Shown in pieces: positions 11,421 to 23,401 of a stretch of DNA of 64,000 bases. The position numbers were made by a program, and so were the translations under genes. Where the stretch lies: NCBI GenBank assembly GCA_977017575.1, contig CDRNVI010000184.1, positions 1 through 64,000 on the forward strand, given 5' to 3'. This DNA is from Paramoeba atlantica (taxonomy: Eukaryota; Protista; Discosea). Each line of letters starts with the position of its first letter. The stretch's first letter is position 1. Under the pieces are notes generated by a model that had not been told where the DNA came from, ran no database searches, and saw nothing but the letters and a program-made list of their open reading frames with translations.

Positions 11421-11937
11421 CCTTTTGTTGTGTTCTATCAAAGATTTTTCTTTCCTCTAAAGTTGGTTCTTGAAATACATTGAGTTGCTCAATTCCTTTG
11501 TGCTCTTTGTATGAGATCTTAAGAAACTTTTTCTTCCTTTTCATTTTCTTTACATTTTTCTTTTCCTCACTGATTCTATTTCAACTTTCTACTTTACCAC
11601 TAAAATTACTCTCAAACCCATCCCTCTTAATGCTTTTCTTCTTTATACAATGGATAGAAAATCTTCTTGACACTTCTACAACAATTAACTCTCTAGTGAC
11701 TCCAATGTTGGAAATTTTTAATTGATATTTCTTTATTCTGAAAAAGAAAAGCTTTGAGAGAAATGAATCTTGATTGGGATGAATATTTAAAAAAAAGAAC
11801 TATATTTAACAATCTTTTTCTTCTTATTTTTATTTTTTTCTTTTTGAAACTCCCTCACCTTATCAATAATATTACAAATTCTTTAAAAATTTAATATTTG
11901 CAATGATTTATTGTTTTCTTTGAAAAAAACTCTAAAA

Positions 11938-12095
11938 AATTAATACAAAAGAAATAATTGTAAAAAAGAAAAATAAAAAATTAAACTGATTCCATTAACT
12001 AGCTTGTTTTTTTGTTTTTTTAGAGATGAGTATGATAGTTTAGTTGTCCTTTTCTTCAATTTTTCATTTTTGAGGTTTCAAGTTCAATTCTTTTA
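11938..12095 (+). repeat. Conserved leader preceding satellite array 1
   Basis: attaatacaaaagaaat...gatgagtatgatagtttagttgt...tcaagttcaattcttttaattt recurs at ~47824-47985 in front of array 2. Confidence 0.85.
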
Positions 12096-12260
12096 ATTTT
12101 CCAATTTTCCAATTTTCCAATTTTCCAATTTTCCAATTTTCCAATTTTCCAATTTTCCAATTTTCCAATTTTCCAATTTTCCAATTTTCCAATTTTCCAA
12201 TTTTCCAATTTTCCAATTTTCCAATTTTCCAATTTTCCAGTTTTCCAGTTTTTCAATTTT
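12096..12260 (+). repeat. (TTTTCCAA)n octamer tract, ~20 units
   Basis: Directly visible. It degrades to ttttccag/tttttcaa at the 3' end. Confidence 0.95.
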
Positions 12261-12278
12261 TCAATTTTCTAATTTTTT

Positions 12279-15200
12279 TTTGTAAATAGATTTAATAGAT
12301 TGTAAAATTATGTAAAAAATACAATTTTATTTGTAACTTGTCTGGAAATGAACTTTTAAACATCAAAAATTGAATAACAATTTTCTAAAAATGAAAATAA
12401 TACAAATAGACATTGAAAAAGTGGTTGGGAAATAATCAAAAACAAAGGGAAATATATTTTTTTTTTTGTAAATAAGTCAAATAGATTGTAAAATTATGTA
12501 AAAAGTACAATTTTATTTGTAACTTGTCTGGTAACTAAATTTTAAACATCAAAAACTAAATAACAATTGAGAAAAAATGAAAATAATATAAATATTGATT
12601 TATACATTGAAAAAAGTGATTGGAAAATAATCAAAAACAAAGGGAAATATGTTTTTTTTTTTGTAAATAAATCAAATAGATTGTAAAATTATGTAAAAAA
12701 TACAATTTTATTTGTAACTTGTCTGGAAATGAACTTTTAAACATCAAAAATTGAATAACAATTTTCTAAAAATGAAAATAATACAAATAGACATTGAAAA
12801 AGTGGTTGGGAAATAATCAAAAACAAAGGGAAATATATTTTTTTTTTTGTAAATAAGTCAAATAGATTGTAAAATTATGTAAAAAGTACAATTTTATTTG
12901 TAACTTGTCTGGTAACTAAATTTTAAACATCAAAAACTAAATAACAATTGAGAAAAAATGAAAATAATACAAATATTGATTTATACATTGAAAAAAGTGA
13001 TTGGAAAATAATCAAAAACAAAGGGAAATATGTTTTTTTTTTTGTAAATAAATCAAATAGATTGTAAAATTATGTAAAAAATACAATTTTATTTGTAACT
13101 TGTCTGGAAATGAACTTTTAAACATCAAAAATTGAATAACAATTTTCTAAAAATGAAAATAATACAAATAGACATTGAAAAAGTGGTTGGGAAATAATCA
13201 AAAACAAAGGGAAATATATTTTTTTTTTTGTAAATAAGTCAAATAGATTGTAAAATTATGTAAAAAGTACAATTTTATTTGTAACTTGTCTGGTAACTAA
13301 ATTTTAAACATCAAAAACTAAATAACAATTGAGAAAAAATGAAAATAATACAAATATTGATTTATACATTGAAAAAAGTGATTGGAAAATAATCAAAAAC
13401 AAAGGGAAATATGTTTTTTTTTTTGTAAATAAATCAAATAGATTGTAAAATTATGTAAAAAATACAATTTTATTTGTAACTTGTCTGGAAATGAACTTTT
13501 AAACATCAAAAATTGAATAACAATTTTCTAAAAATGAAAATAATACAAATAGACATTGAAAAAGTGGTTGGGAAATAATCAAAAACAAAGGGAAATATAT
13601 TTTTTTTTTTGTAAATAAGTCAAATAGATTGTAAAATTATGTAAAAAGTACAATTTTATTTGTAACTTGTCTGGTAACTAAATTTTAAACATCAAAAACT
13701 AAATAACAATTGAGAAAAAATGAAAATAATACAAATATTGATTTATACATTGAAAAAAGTGATTGGAAAATAATCAAAAACAAAGGGAAATATGTTTTTT
13801 TTTTTGTAAATAAATCAAATAGATTGTAAAATTATGTAAAAAATACAATTTTATTTGTAACTTGTCTGGAAATGAACTTTTAAACATCAAAAATTGAATA
13901 ACAATTTTCTAAAAATGAAAATAATACAAATAGACATTGAAAAAGTGGTTGGGAAATAATCAAAAACAAAGGGAAATATATTTTTTTTTTTGTAAATAAG
14001 TCAAATAGATTGTAAAATTATGTAAAAAGTACAATTTTATTTGTAACTTGTCTGGTAACTAAATTTTAAACATCAAAAACTAAATAACAATTGAGAAAAA
14101 ATGAAAATAATACAAATATTGATTTATACATTGAAAAAAGTGATTGGAAAATAATCAAAAACAAAGGGAAATATGTTTTTTTTTTTGTAAATAAATCAAA
14201 TAGATTGTAAAATTATGTAAAAAATACAATTTTATTTGTAACTTGTCTGGAAATGAACTTTTAAACATCAAAAATTGAATAACAATTTTCTAAAAATGAA
14301 AATAATACAAATAGACATTGAAAAAGTGGTTGGGAAATAATCAAAAACAAAGGGAAATATATTTTTTTTTTTGTAAATAAGTCAAATAGATTGTAAAATT
14401 ATGTAAAAAGTACAATTTTATTTGTAACTTGTCTGGTAACTAAATTTTAAACATCAAAAACTAAATAACAATTGAGAAAAAATGAAAATAATACAAATAT
14501 TGATTTATACATTGAAAAAAGTGATTGGAAAATAATCAAAAACAAAGGGAAATATGTTTTTTTTTTTGTAAATAAATCAAATAGATTGTAAAATTATGTA
14601 AAAAATACAATTTTATTTGTAACTTGTCTGGAAATGAACTTTTAAACATCAAAAATTGAATAACAATTTTCTAAAAATGAAAATAATACAAATAGACATT
14701 GAAAAAGTGGTTGGGAAATAATCAAAAACAAAGGGAAATATATTTTTTTTTTTGTAAATAAGTCAAATAGATTGTAAAATTATGTAAAAAGTACAATTTT
14801 ATTTGTAACTTGTCTGGTAACTAAATTTTAAACATCAAAAACTAAATAACAATTGAGAAAAAATGAAAATAATACAAATATTGATTTATACATTGAAAAA
14901 AGTGATTGGAAAATAATCAAAAACAAAGGGAAATATGTTTTTTTTTTTGTAAATAAATCAAATAGATTGTAAAATTATGTAAAAAATACAATTTTATTTG
15001 TAACTTGTCTGGAAATGAACTTTTAAACATCAAAAATTGAATAACAATTTTCTAAAAATGAAAATAATACAAATAGACATTGAAAAAGTGGTTGGGAAAT
15101 AATCAAAAACAAAGGGAAATATATTTTTTTTTTTGTAAATAAGTCAAATAGATTGTAAAATTATGTAAAAAGTACAATTTTATTTGTAACTTGTCTGGTA

Positions 15201-16828
15201 ACTAAATTTTAAACATCAAAAACTAAATAACAATTGAGAAAAAATGAAAATAATACAAATATTGATTTATACATTGAAAAAAGTGATTGGAAAATAATCA
15301 AAAACAAAGGGAAATATGTTTTTTTTTTTGTAAATAAATCAAATAGATTGTAAAATTATGTAAAAAATACAATTTTATTTGTAACTTGTCTGGAAATGAA
15401 CTTTTAAACATCAAAAATTGAATAACAATTTTCTAAAAATGAAAATAATACAAATAGACATTGAAAAAGTGGTTGGGAAATAATCAAAAACAAAGGGAAA
15501 TATATTTTTTTTTTTGTAAATAAGTCAAATAGATTGTAAAATTATGTAAAAAGTACAATTTTATTTGTAACTTGTCTGGTAACTAAATTTTAAACATCAA
15601 AAACTAAATAACAATTGAGAAAAAATGAAAATAATACAAATATTGATTTATACATTGAAAAAAGTGATTGGAAAATAATCAAAAACAAAGGGAAATATGT
15701 TTTTTTTTTTGTAAATAAATCAAATAGATTGTAAAATTATGTAAAAAATACAATTTTATTTGTAACTTGTCTGGAAATGAACTTTTAAACATCAAAAATT
15801 GAATAACAATTTTCTAAAAATGAAAATAATACAAATAGACATTGAAAAAGTGGTTGGGAAATAATCAAAAACAAAGGGAAATATATTTTTTTTTTTGTAA
15901 ATAAGTCAAATAGATTGTAAAATTATGTAAAAAGTACAATTTTATTTGTAACTTGTCTGGTAACTAAATTTTAAACATCAAAAACTAAATAACAATTGAG
16001 AAAAAATGAAAATAATACAAATATTGATTTATACATTGAAAAAAGTGATTGGAAAATAATCAAAAACAAAGGGAAATATGTTTTTTTTTTTGTAAATAAA
16101 TCAAATAGATTGTAAAATTATGTAAAAAATACAATTTTATTTGTAACTTGTCTGGAAATGAACTTTTAAACATCAAAAATTGAATAACAATTTTCTAAAA
16201 ATGAAAATAATACAAATAGACATTGAAAAAGTGGTTGGGAAATAATCAAAAACAAAGGGAAATATATTTTTTTTTTTGTAAATAAGTCAAATAGATTGTA
16301 AAATTATGTAAAAAGTACAATTTTATTTGTAACTTGTCTGGTAACTAAATTTTAAACATCAAAAACTAAATAACAATTGAGAAAAAATGAAAATAATACA
16401 AATATTGATTTATACATTGAAAAAAGTGATTGGAAAATAATCAAAAACAAAGGGAAATATGTTTTTTTTTTTGTAAATAAATCAAATAGATTGTAAAATT
16501 ATGTAAAAAATACAATTTTATTTGTAACTTGTCTGGAAATGAACTTTTAAACATCAAAAATTGAATAACAATTTTCTAAAAATGAAAATAATACAAATAG
16601 ACATTGAAAAAGTGGTTGGGAAATAATCAAAAACAAAGGGAAATATATTTTTTTTTTTGTAAATAAGTCAAATAGATTGTAAAATTATGTAAAAAGTACA
16701 ATTTTATTTGTAACTTGTCTGGTAACTAAATTTTAAACATCAAAAACTAAATAACAATTGAGAAAAAATGAAAATAATACAAATATTGATTTATACATTG
16801 AAAAAAGTGATTGGAAAATAATCAAAAA
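12279..16828 (+). repeat. Satellite array 1: ~12 copies of a 381-bp dimer of ~190-bp monomers
   Basis: The marker tctggaaatg recurs at 12341, 12722, 13103, 13484 ... 16532 (period 381). Two alternating monomer variants (ctggaaatgaac vs ctggtaactaaat). Confidence 0.97.
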
Positions 16829-17059
16829 TGAAAAAATGAAAAATGAAAAAAGAGAAAAAAATAAAAAAGAAAAAATAGAGAAAAAAGAATAAAAAAAAAA
16901 AAAAAAAAAAAGAAATAATCTCAAAATCAATCTTTTTAAATTCAAATTTCTTACTTAAAAACAAAGATAATAAGATAAATTGATTAAAGGAAAGTGTTTG
17001 TAAAAAGTGTAAAAACAAGCAAAACTAAGTTACTTTTAATTATTTGAGTAAAGTGGAGA

Positions 17060-17610
17060 GAGTGAAACCAAACAATAGAACCTCATACCTCAAATTATAT
17101 TTCTTTTTTTCTGATTTTGTGTTGATCAACACTGCTTCAACTCACCTTGCTGCCTTTCTTAACAATTTTTCATGAAAATACCCCTTCTTTAAGCCCAAAG
17201 TAAACATTCATCTTATTAAACACCATAAAACTCCTCAATTTCTCATCTTAGAAGTTGGAGAGTTTGCAGATTTTTCAATATTTACTATTAATCTTCACTT
17301 CTTCAACTATCTTCCTAATCACTGTAACCCCTTACAGTTTGATCCACAGTCTTCAAAACTTAAAGAAACAACTTAAATATAACCCTTCACAATTCCTTCT
17401 TTAATAATATCTTCTCCATTCATTTTGGATGTATATTGAACCCAGAAAAACTCTTCTCCATGTAGTCACTCAGTAACTCCTCACTCCTCCCCCCAAAGCT
17501 CCTTTTCACTATTAAATTCCTCTTCAATTTGTTGCTGTACCTTCTTTTTTCTTTGACAAATTTAACAAAATCAATCCATCCCTCTTTTACTTTCTTAACT
17601 CCCTCCAAGA
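17060..17610 (-). mobile_element. Degenerate gypsy-like RT N-terminal fragment
   Basis: KRRYSNKLKRNL...EELLSDYMEKSF followed by decayed ...VFNKM...GYF... and YEVLLFG segments. CpG-free. Confidence 0.4.
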
Positions 17611-17611
17611 C

Positions 17612-19760
17612 AGTTGAGTTGTACTACTTTCAAGCCTCAAACAAATCAATCACAAGAAGACTCAAGATGGTTTAATGCTCTTTTATGAAAAGGAAAATTA
17701 AAAAAGAAAATATGTCTTTCTTCAAGAATAAGAATATTCAACAAACACTTACAAATAAAGACATTCAAAATAAAACAACCCCTCAGGTTCAAATTCCAAA
17801 CAAACAAACCTTCAGGTAACAACCCAATACCCTTCAAGTGTTTTCTCAACTGAGAAACACTTCATAACCAACAAAACAATAAACAACTTAACACTCAACC
17901 AGGGATATAATGATCCTTCAGCTCCAAACAGTCTTTTGTCTCATGATAGTTGCCTCCACAACACTGACATCTCCAGTGAAAAAGATACTTCTTCCCATCA
18001 ACCATAAAGAAATTCCCACTATCCTCTTCTTCTTCTTCTCTCTGTGAACAATCTCTTCTTATATGTTCCTTTTCTCCACATTTAAAACACACAGCAGATG
18101 ATGGCCAATCCTGATAAGGTTTCAGTTGGTCCTTCACCACCAAATATCAATGCCATCCTTCTGCATTCTGCACCCACTTTGTCACAACATTCCACATAAC
18201 ACATTCATTCTCAACAAATTCTTCTCCAAATTGCTCCTCCCACAGAATTCAATAAACTTTTAAAACAGGTTCATTCAACTTCATCTTCACTTCAACTGAA
18301 TCCAAATCTATTTTCAAGTAATCAAGATACATCACCAACCTCTCTGCAAAATCAATAATTTTCTCATTCTCCATCTGTCTTACCATCTGCATTTCTTTTT
18401 GAACCTTACTCTTCCAGCTTGAGTCCAAGGTATTTCCTTCTAATACAAACAGAAGCAACTCTTGATAAGAAATATTCCTTAATCTTTGCAATTGTGGTTT
18501 CATTGGACCTTCCACTGCTGATCTCAAATACTGCATCCATAAAGAATCATCTGGCACTTGATTACCCATTGCTGCTTGAAAATCTCTCAGAAACACCAAC
18601 ACATCACAGGCTTTTAGATCCCATTTTATGTTCAACTTTGGCATGTTGTCCACTTTTTTCAGTGTTTTTAACTCTGTCCCTCTTGTAGACTCATCCAAAG
18701 TTATTCTTCAAACCTGTGAATTTAAATCATCAATTGTCATTGACCTCTCAGCACTTTTAACTTCAGCACCAGCCAATGAACTCTGTTAATTTGAACCACA
18801 AGTTCCACCAACCCTTGTTGAATCCTCTGGACTTGGATGAAGAAACCTCACATCTGTTACCAATCAATCCCACTGATGGTTTGGTACAGTATTCTCACTT
18901 GGAAGGGGTTGCAAATCTCTCCCATAATGAGTTACAAAATCTTTCCTCCTTGGTTTGATGTAGTTGCCCTCCTCTTTTAATTTGGTAGCCCCTGACCTTC
19001 TTCTGTTCTTGCTCCCCAAAGTTCTGCTGCTCCTCACATGCCTTGAAATACTCAACTTTAATCATTTCAAATTCCTCTCAAGTTTGTCAAACTCCTCAGT
19101 GAAAGCCTCATCAGTCAGGATTAAATTTGTTAATTCATCTAACTGATGCTCAATTCCATCTCTTTTCAACAACCAACTCTCAAGCATTTGATCCACAGAA
19201 GGAAAATTTGGAGATCTTGCCCCTTCACCCAAACCCTCATCTTTCTCTAATTTGCTACTGTCACTTCCACTCTCAAGATCCCTAAGTAGCTTCTTGTTCT
19301 GCTCCACCCCCCTTTTCTCCCTCTTGTAACCATTTAGTGGTTGCATCTGCTCCCCCAGTCTTGTTCTCTCCTGATACTGCTGAATCATTGATGCTGAAAG
19401 TGAATACATTTCAAGAAAGCCAAAAAAAAACAGAATTTCAACCAGTGAAAACCAAAAAAAGTTGAGTTGTACTACTTTCAAGCCTCAAACAGATCAATCA
19501 CAAGAAGACTCAAGATGGTTTTATGAAGACAACCCCTCAGGTTCAAATCCCAAACAAACAAACATTCTTTCAAAACACTTCAGGTGACAACCCAAGAAGG
19601 ACAAAGCCAAGAAACTTTCTCCCAAAGAACCCAATAAGTCTTATGTTAGCCCCCTTTCCTGGTTCTTTACCACCCTTTGATAATAAGGAATTTTCTTGCC
19701 CCAAGCTCAACACAACCAAATGATTAAAGGTATTTCTCAATTTCCAACAATTTAACAATT
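17612..19760 (-). mobile_element. LTR-retrotransposon gag region flanked by ~130-bp direct repeats
   Basis: ORF 18249-18698 (QMENEKIIDFAERL, capsid-like); ORF 17895-18143 with two CCHC knuckles (CFKCGEKEHIRRDC, CQCCGGNYHETKDC). The repeat gttgagttgtactactttcaagcctcaaac...aacccctcaggttcaaat is at ~17612-17830 (with an insert) and ~19460-19600. Confidence 0.75.
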
Positions 19761-19879
19761 GCACCAATTCCTCTCATTTTTTTCCCTTGAGATGTTGTTT
19801 TCATGCAAGAGACCTTTTCATTTGAACTCTGAAGCTTGGTTGAGTCTAACAATGCTTTCCAGGCATAAAAAAAGGCCTG

Positions 19880-20750
19880 CTTCATTTAAGAAAGTTTCAC
19901 AACAAAAAAAAAACAAGACACCACATAAAAAAAGAAAAAGAAAAAAAGAAAAAGAAAATGGAAACAAAAATAAAAAATAATATCTCTAAGAGCAGACCAA
20001 CTGATATAATCATGACAACAATAAATAACAAGAATAATAACCAATAATCAATAACAACAACTACAATAATAACATCCCCAACAATAACTACAATAATTAA
20101 TAGACACAAGAATCAAACAAAACAACAGCACCACAGCAATACTCCAAACAAACTCTTTTCCAACAAACACTTCAGGAGTGAAATCGTTCTAAACAGTTTT
20201 AAATAATATGTTCTTTACACACCAAACCAAACAACCAACAACCAAAAAAACCTATAATAAAGAAAAAAACAACAATCCATAAAAACAACCCAGAATTCTC
20301 TCAGTTTTTAATTAATTCTCCTAACAAACAAACAACAAACTCATCCCAACCAACCAACAAAAGAAAAAATAAAAAAATAAAAAACAATACAAAACACAAA
20401 TAAAAACCAAACATAAAAAAAAAATAACGAAAACAAAACCTTTTTAAGAAAAAAGAATATGTCACATACCTCCCAACAAACATAAGCAAGAAAAACAGTC
20501 CAAAAAACTCACAATTCAATCTCTCACTGAAGGAAGGGAGTGTCTTTTTTTTTTGAATTTCATTCAAGAATGTAAAAAACAGTGGCAAAACTCCTTGTAA
20601 TATATTATAAGTGATCTAGAAAAGAGAAAAAGGAAAGAAAGTGAGGAACCAAAGGAAAAATCTAACTCTTGGATTTTCTGAATTAACCCTCTGGTTCTCT
20701 GGTACAAAAGGAGAGAAGTAACCCACCACCCATCACCCCTTGAATTGATC
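19880..20750. repeat. Dispersed ~850-bp non-coding repeat, inverted copy at ~41530-42250
   Basis: tgcttcatttaagaaagtttcacaac..., ccaacaaacataagcaagaaaaacagtcc and ccctctggttctctggta have reverse-complement counterparts at 42220-42250, 41680-41730 and 41535-41557. Confidence 0.75.
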
Positions 20751-20757
20751 TTTTTAT

Positions 20758-20807
20758 TTCATTCTCTCTGGGTACTAATTTGAAAATTCGAACACAGAGA
20801 ATATGAA
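20758..20807. repeat. ~50-bp hairpin family member, followed by four 15-bp tandem repeats (gaattttcttctgct)
   Basis: ttcattctctctgggtac-taatttgaaaattc-gaacacagagaatatgaa; near-exact reverse complement of 37365-37414. Confidence 0.8.
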
Positions 20808-21474
20808 TTTTCTTTTGCTGAATTTTCTTCTGCTGAATTTTCTTCTGTTGAATTTTCTTCTGCTGAATTAAAAGAGAGAATCTCAAAAAATCTCCCCTAA
20901 AGAAAAAAAAAAAAGATAAAGCACCTCACTTAGAGAAAAAGAAAAAAATATAAAAAAAAGAAAACACAAAACAGGAAAAGAAAAAAGAAAGAAAAAAGAA
21001 AGAAAAAGAAAGAAAGAAAGAAAAAAGAAACTGCAAAACCTCAACTTGACTTTTTTCAAAAATAACATATGAACCCAATAATGACAGCATACCTATGAAA
21101 GAGAGAAAAAGAGAAAAGGGAAAAAGAAAGAAAAGAAAAACAAGAGGAAAATAGAGAAAGGGGGGGAAAGGGAGAAAAAAGAGAGAGAAAAAGAGGAGAG
21201 GAGAGAACAAAACAGAAAACAAAAAAACTGGGAATTTTTTTAGCCCCAAAAAAATTGGAGTTCTTTTTTTACCTTTGTTTTTTTTTTGTTTTTCTTTTCT
21301 CTTTTCTTTCCTAGAGAGTATGAAAACTTACCTCGTAAAAAGAAAAGATGAAAAACTAACAGAGAAAAGAAGAGGAGAGTGAATAAAAAGAGGAACAAGA
21401 AGAAAAGAAAGAAGAAAAAGAATAGAAATAAACTTTTTCTTGATAAAAACAATTGAATGAAATTTTGTTATTTA

Positions 21475-22434
21475 TTATTTCCGTCTTCTCTCCTTTGGAG
21501 GAGAATTGAAAAACTTCTTTTTTGAGCCATATGAGCGAGAAAAGTATCTCTGACAACCATCTTTTCCTTTTCTCTTATTCATAAACATTTTGTCTTTCTC
21601 TTCTTCTTCTTTTGGTTCAGTCACCAACCTCTCTGTGATTTCTTCCAAATGCTTCTTGAGAATAATTTCTGTTTCCATCATCTTTTTTGACTTCTTTTCT
21701 TTCGCTTCAAGATTACAAAGTCTTCTTTCGATGTTTCGTCATTGGTTTTCAAGCTTTCTCGATTGCCCAAATGATCTTGGTTTACCATAATCTCTCTCTT
21801 CCTCCTCTTCCTCTTCTTCCTCAGACAATTGGATTTCTTCAATCCCCTCTTTCTCTTGTTTGTTGTCAACAATGTCATCCTCTTGACTTTTCAAATCAAC
21901 AAGATTCTCTCGAACTTGAGTTTTGTTTTCAGTCAACTGTTCCTTTCTTCGTTGGAGAGCCACAATCTTTTCTTCAAGAACATCGATCTGATCTGCCAGT
22001 TTCTCATCACGTTTACTGAGCATTTCAATCTTCTCCTCTCTCTTCTGTTGTTCCTTGAGTCTTTTCTGAGGGTTCTCAGAAATCTCATCCCCCACTTTCT
22101 CTTCATCATCATTCACTCAATTTTCAACCTCTTGGATCTCATTTTCGATTTCTTCTTTGACTTGACTCTCCACCACTCTTGTTGTCTTGTTCTTTTTTGG
22201 GAGGACAAACAAAGTGTCTTCCAAGTCTCGATCACGTTTCACAAAGACAACATCACACTCATCATTGAGATAGAACACTCGAACCGCAGTTGAAGTTCCG
22301 TACACATCCTGGATCTTCCTTCGCAGACTTTGAAAATCTTGAGCTTGAATCGAACACACTTCTCCATTCTCAGTGTTTCGAACTTCCCACTCTCCTTCTC
22401 CTTCGACAATCGACATCAACTGAACTCTCATCAT
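21475..22434 (-). pseudogene. PB1-domain / acidic coiled-coil protein, copy 2 (frame intact, two in-frame TGA)
   Basis: ORFs 22117-22434, 21739-22116 and 21475-21681 share one frame. The TGA at 22117-19 aligns with CGA in copies 1 and 3; the TGA at 21739-41 aligns with CAA in copy 1. Confidence 0.8.
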
Positions 22435-23401
22435 TGTGTTGTTGTTGTTTTTTCTGTTTCAAGTTATCCAGAAAAAAGAAATGTTTTAAATTAAAAACAA
22501 AACCTGCCTGAGGGGTGGGGTGGTTGATTGTGTTTGTTGTCGTTCATGAGGGAATGAGAGGGGGATGTGGCGAGAAGGAACACCAATCACACAAACAAAC
22601 AAAAAAGAAATCACCGAAAGAACAACCAACACACACCGAAAAAAGAACAACAAAAAAAAAAGAGAACCCACCGGGTTCGATTCTGGGTGGGTTTTTTTTT
22701 TCAGTGAAACCCAATTTTTTTTTTGTTTTGCGTTTGGAGAGAAGAGGAATGAGAAAGAGGAGAGAGAGAAGAGAGAGAAGAGAGAAGAGAGAGAAAGAGA
22801 GGAGAGAAGAGAGAGAAGAAAAGAGAGAGAAGAGAGAGAGAAATGGCCCATGCATTCAGGAAGTGGTTAGGAGAAGGGGGGAGGGAGGGAGGAAGGAAGA
22901 GGGGACAGATGAGAAAGAGGTGGTTGTGTACATTCCCCATTAATGTATTTTTGGTCTTCTCTTTTGCTGGTTGTCCTCAAAAAAAGTTTTCTCTTCTTCT
23001 CTTCTCTCTTTTCTTTCTTTCTCTCTTTTCTTTCTCTCTTCTCTTCTCTCTTTTCTTTCTCTTTTTCTTTCTCTTTCTTTTTCTCTTTTTTCTTCTCTTT
23101 TTCTTTTTCTTTCTTTTTCTTTCTTTTTCTTTTTTTTTTTTTCTTTTTTTTTCTTTTTTTTCCCCTTTCTTTCTCTTCCCTCTTTCCTTTTCTTTTTCTT
23201 TCTTTTATTGAATTTTGAGACTGGAAAAATGAGAACAATGAGAGAAAAGCACCATTTAAGGAGCGTTGTTCCCTTCAAATAAACAAAGATAATTGAAAAA
23301 AAATTCATTCCAACAAGATAATTGAAAAAATCAATAAAAAAGAACATAATTGAATCCAAAAATCATTTATATGAAAAAAAAATTCAAAAATCATCACAAA
23401 A

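Noticed and set aside
12279-16828. CRISPR-like array
   Set aside because: Units are contiguous near-identical monomers with no unique spacers, in a eukaryotic context with no cas genes.
22667-22691. tRNA gene suggested by ccgggttcgattctgg (related ggttcaattccc at ~5516, ~38570, ~40895)
   Set aside because: Only a T-arm/B-box-like hairpin is present; no acceptor stem, D arm or A box could be built.
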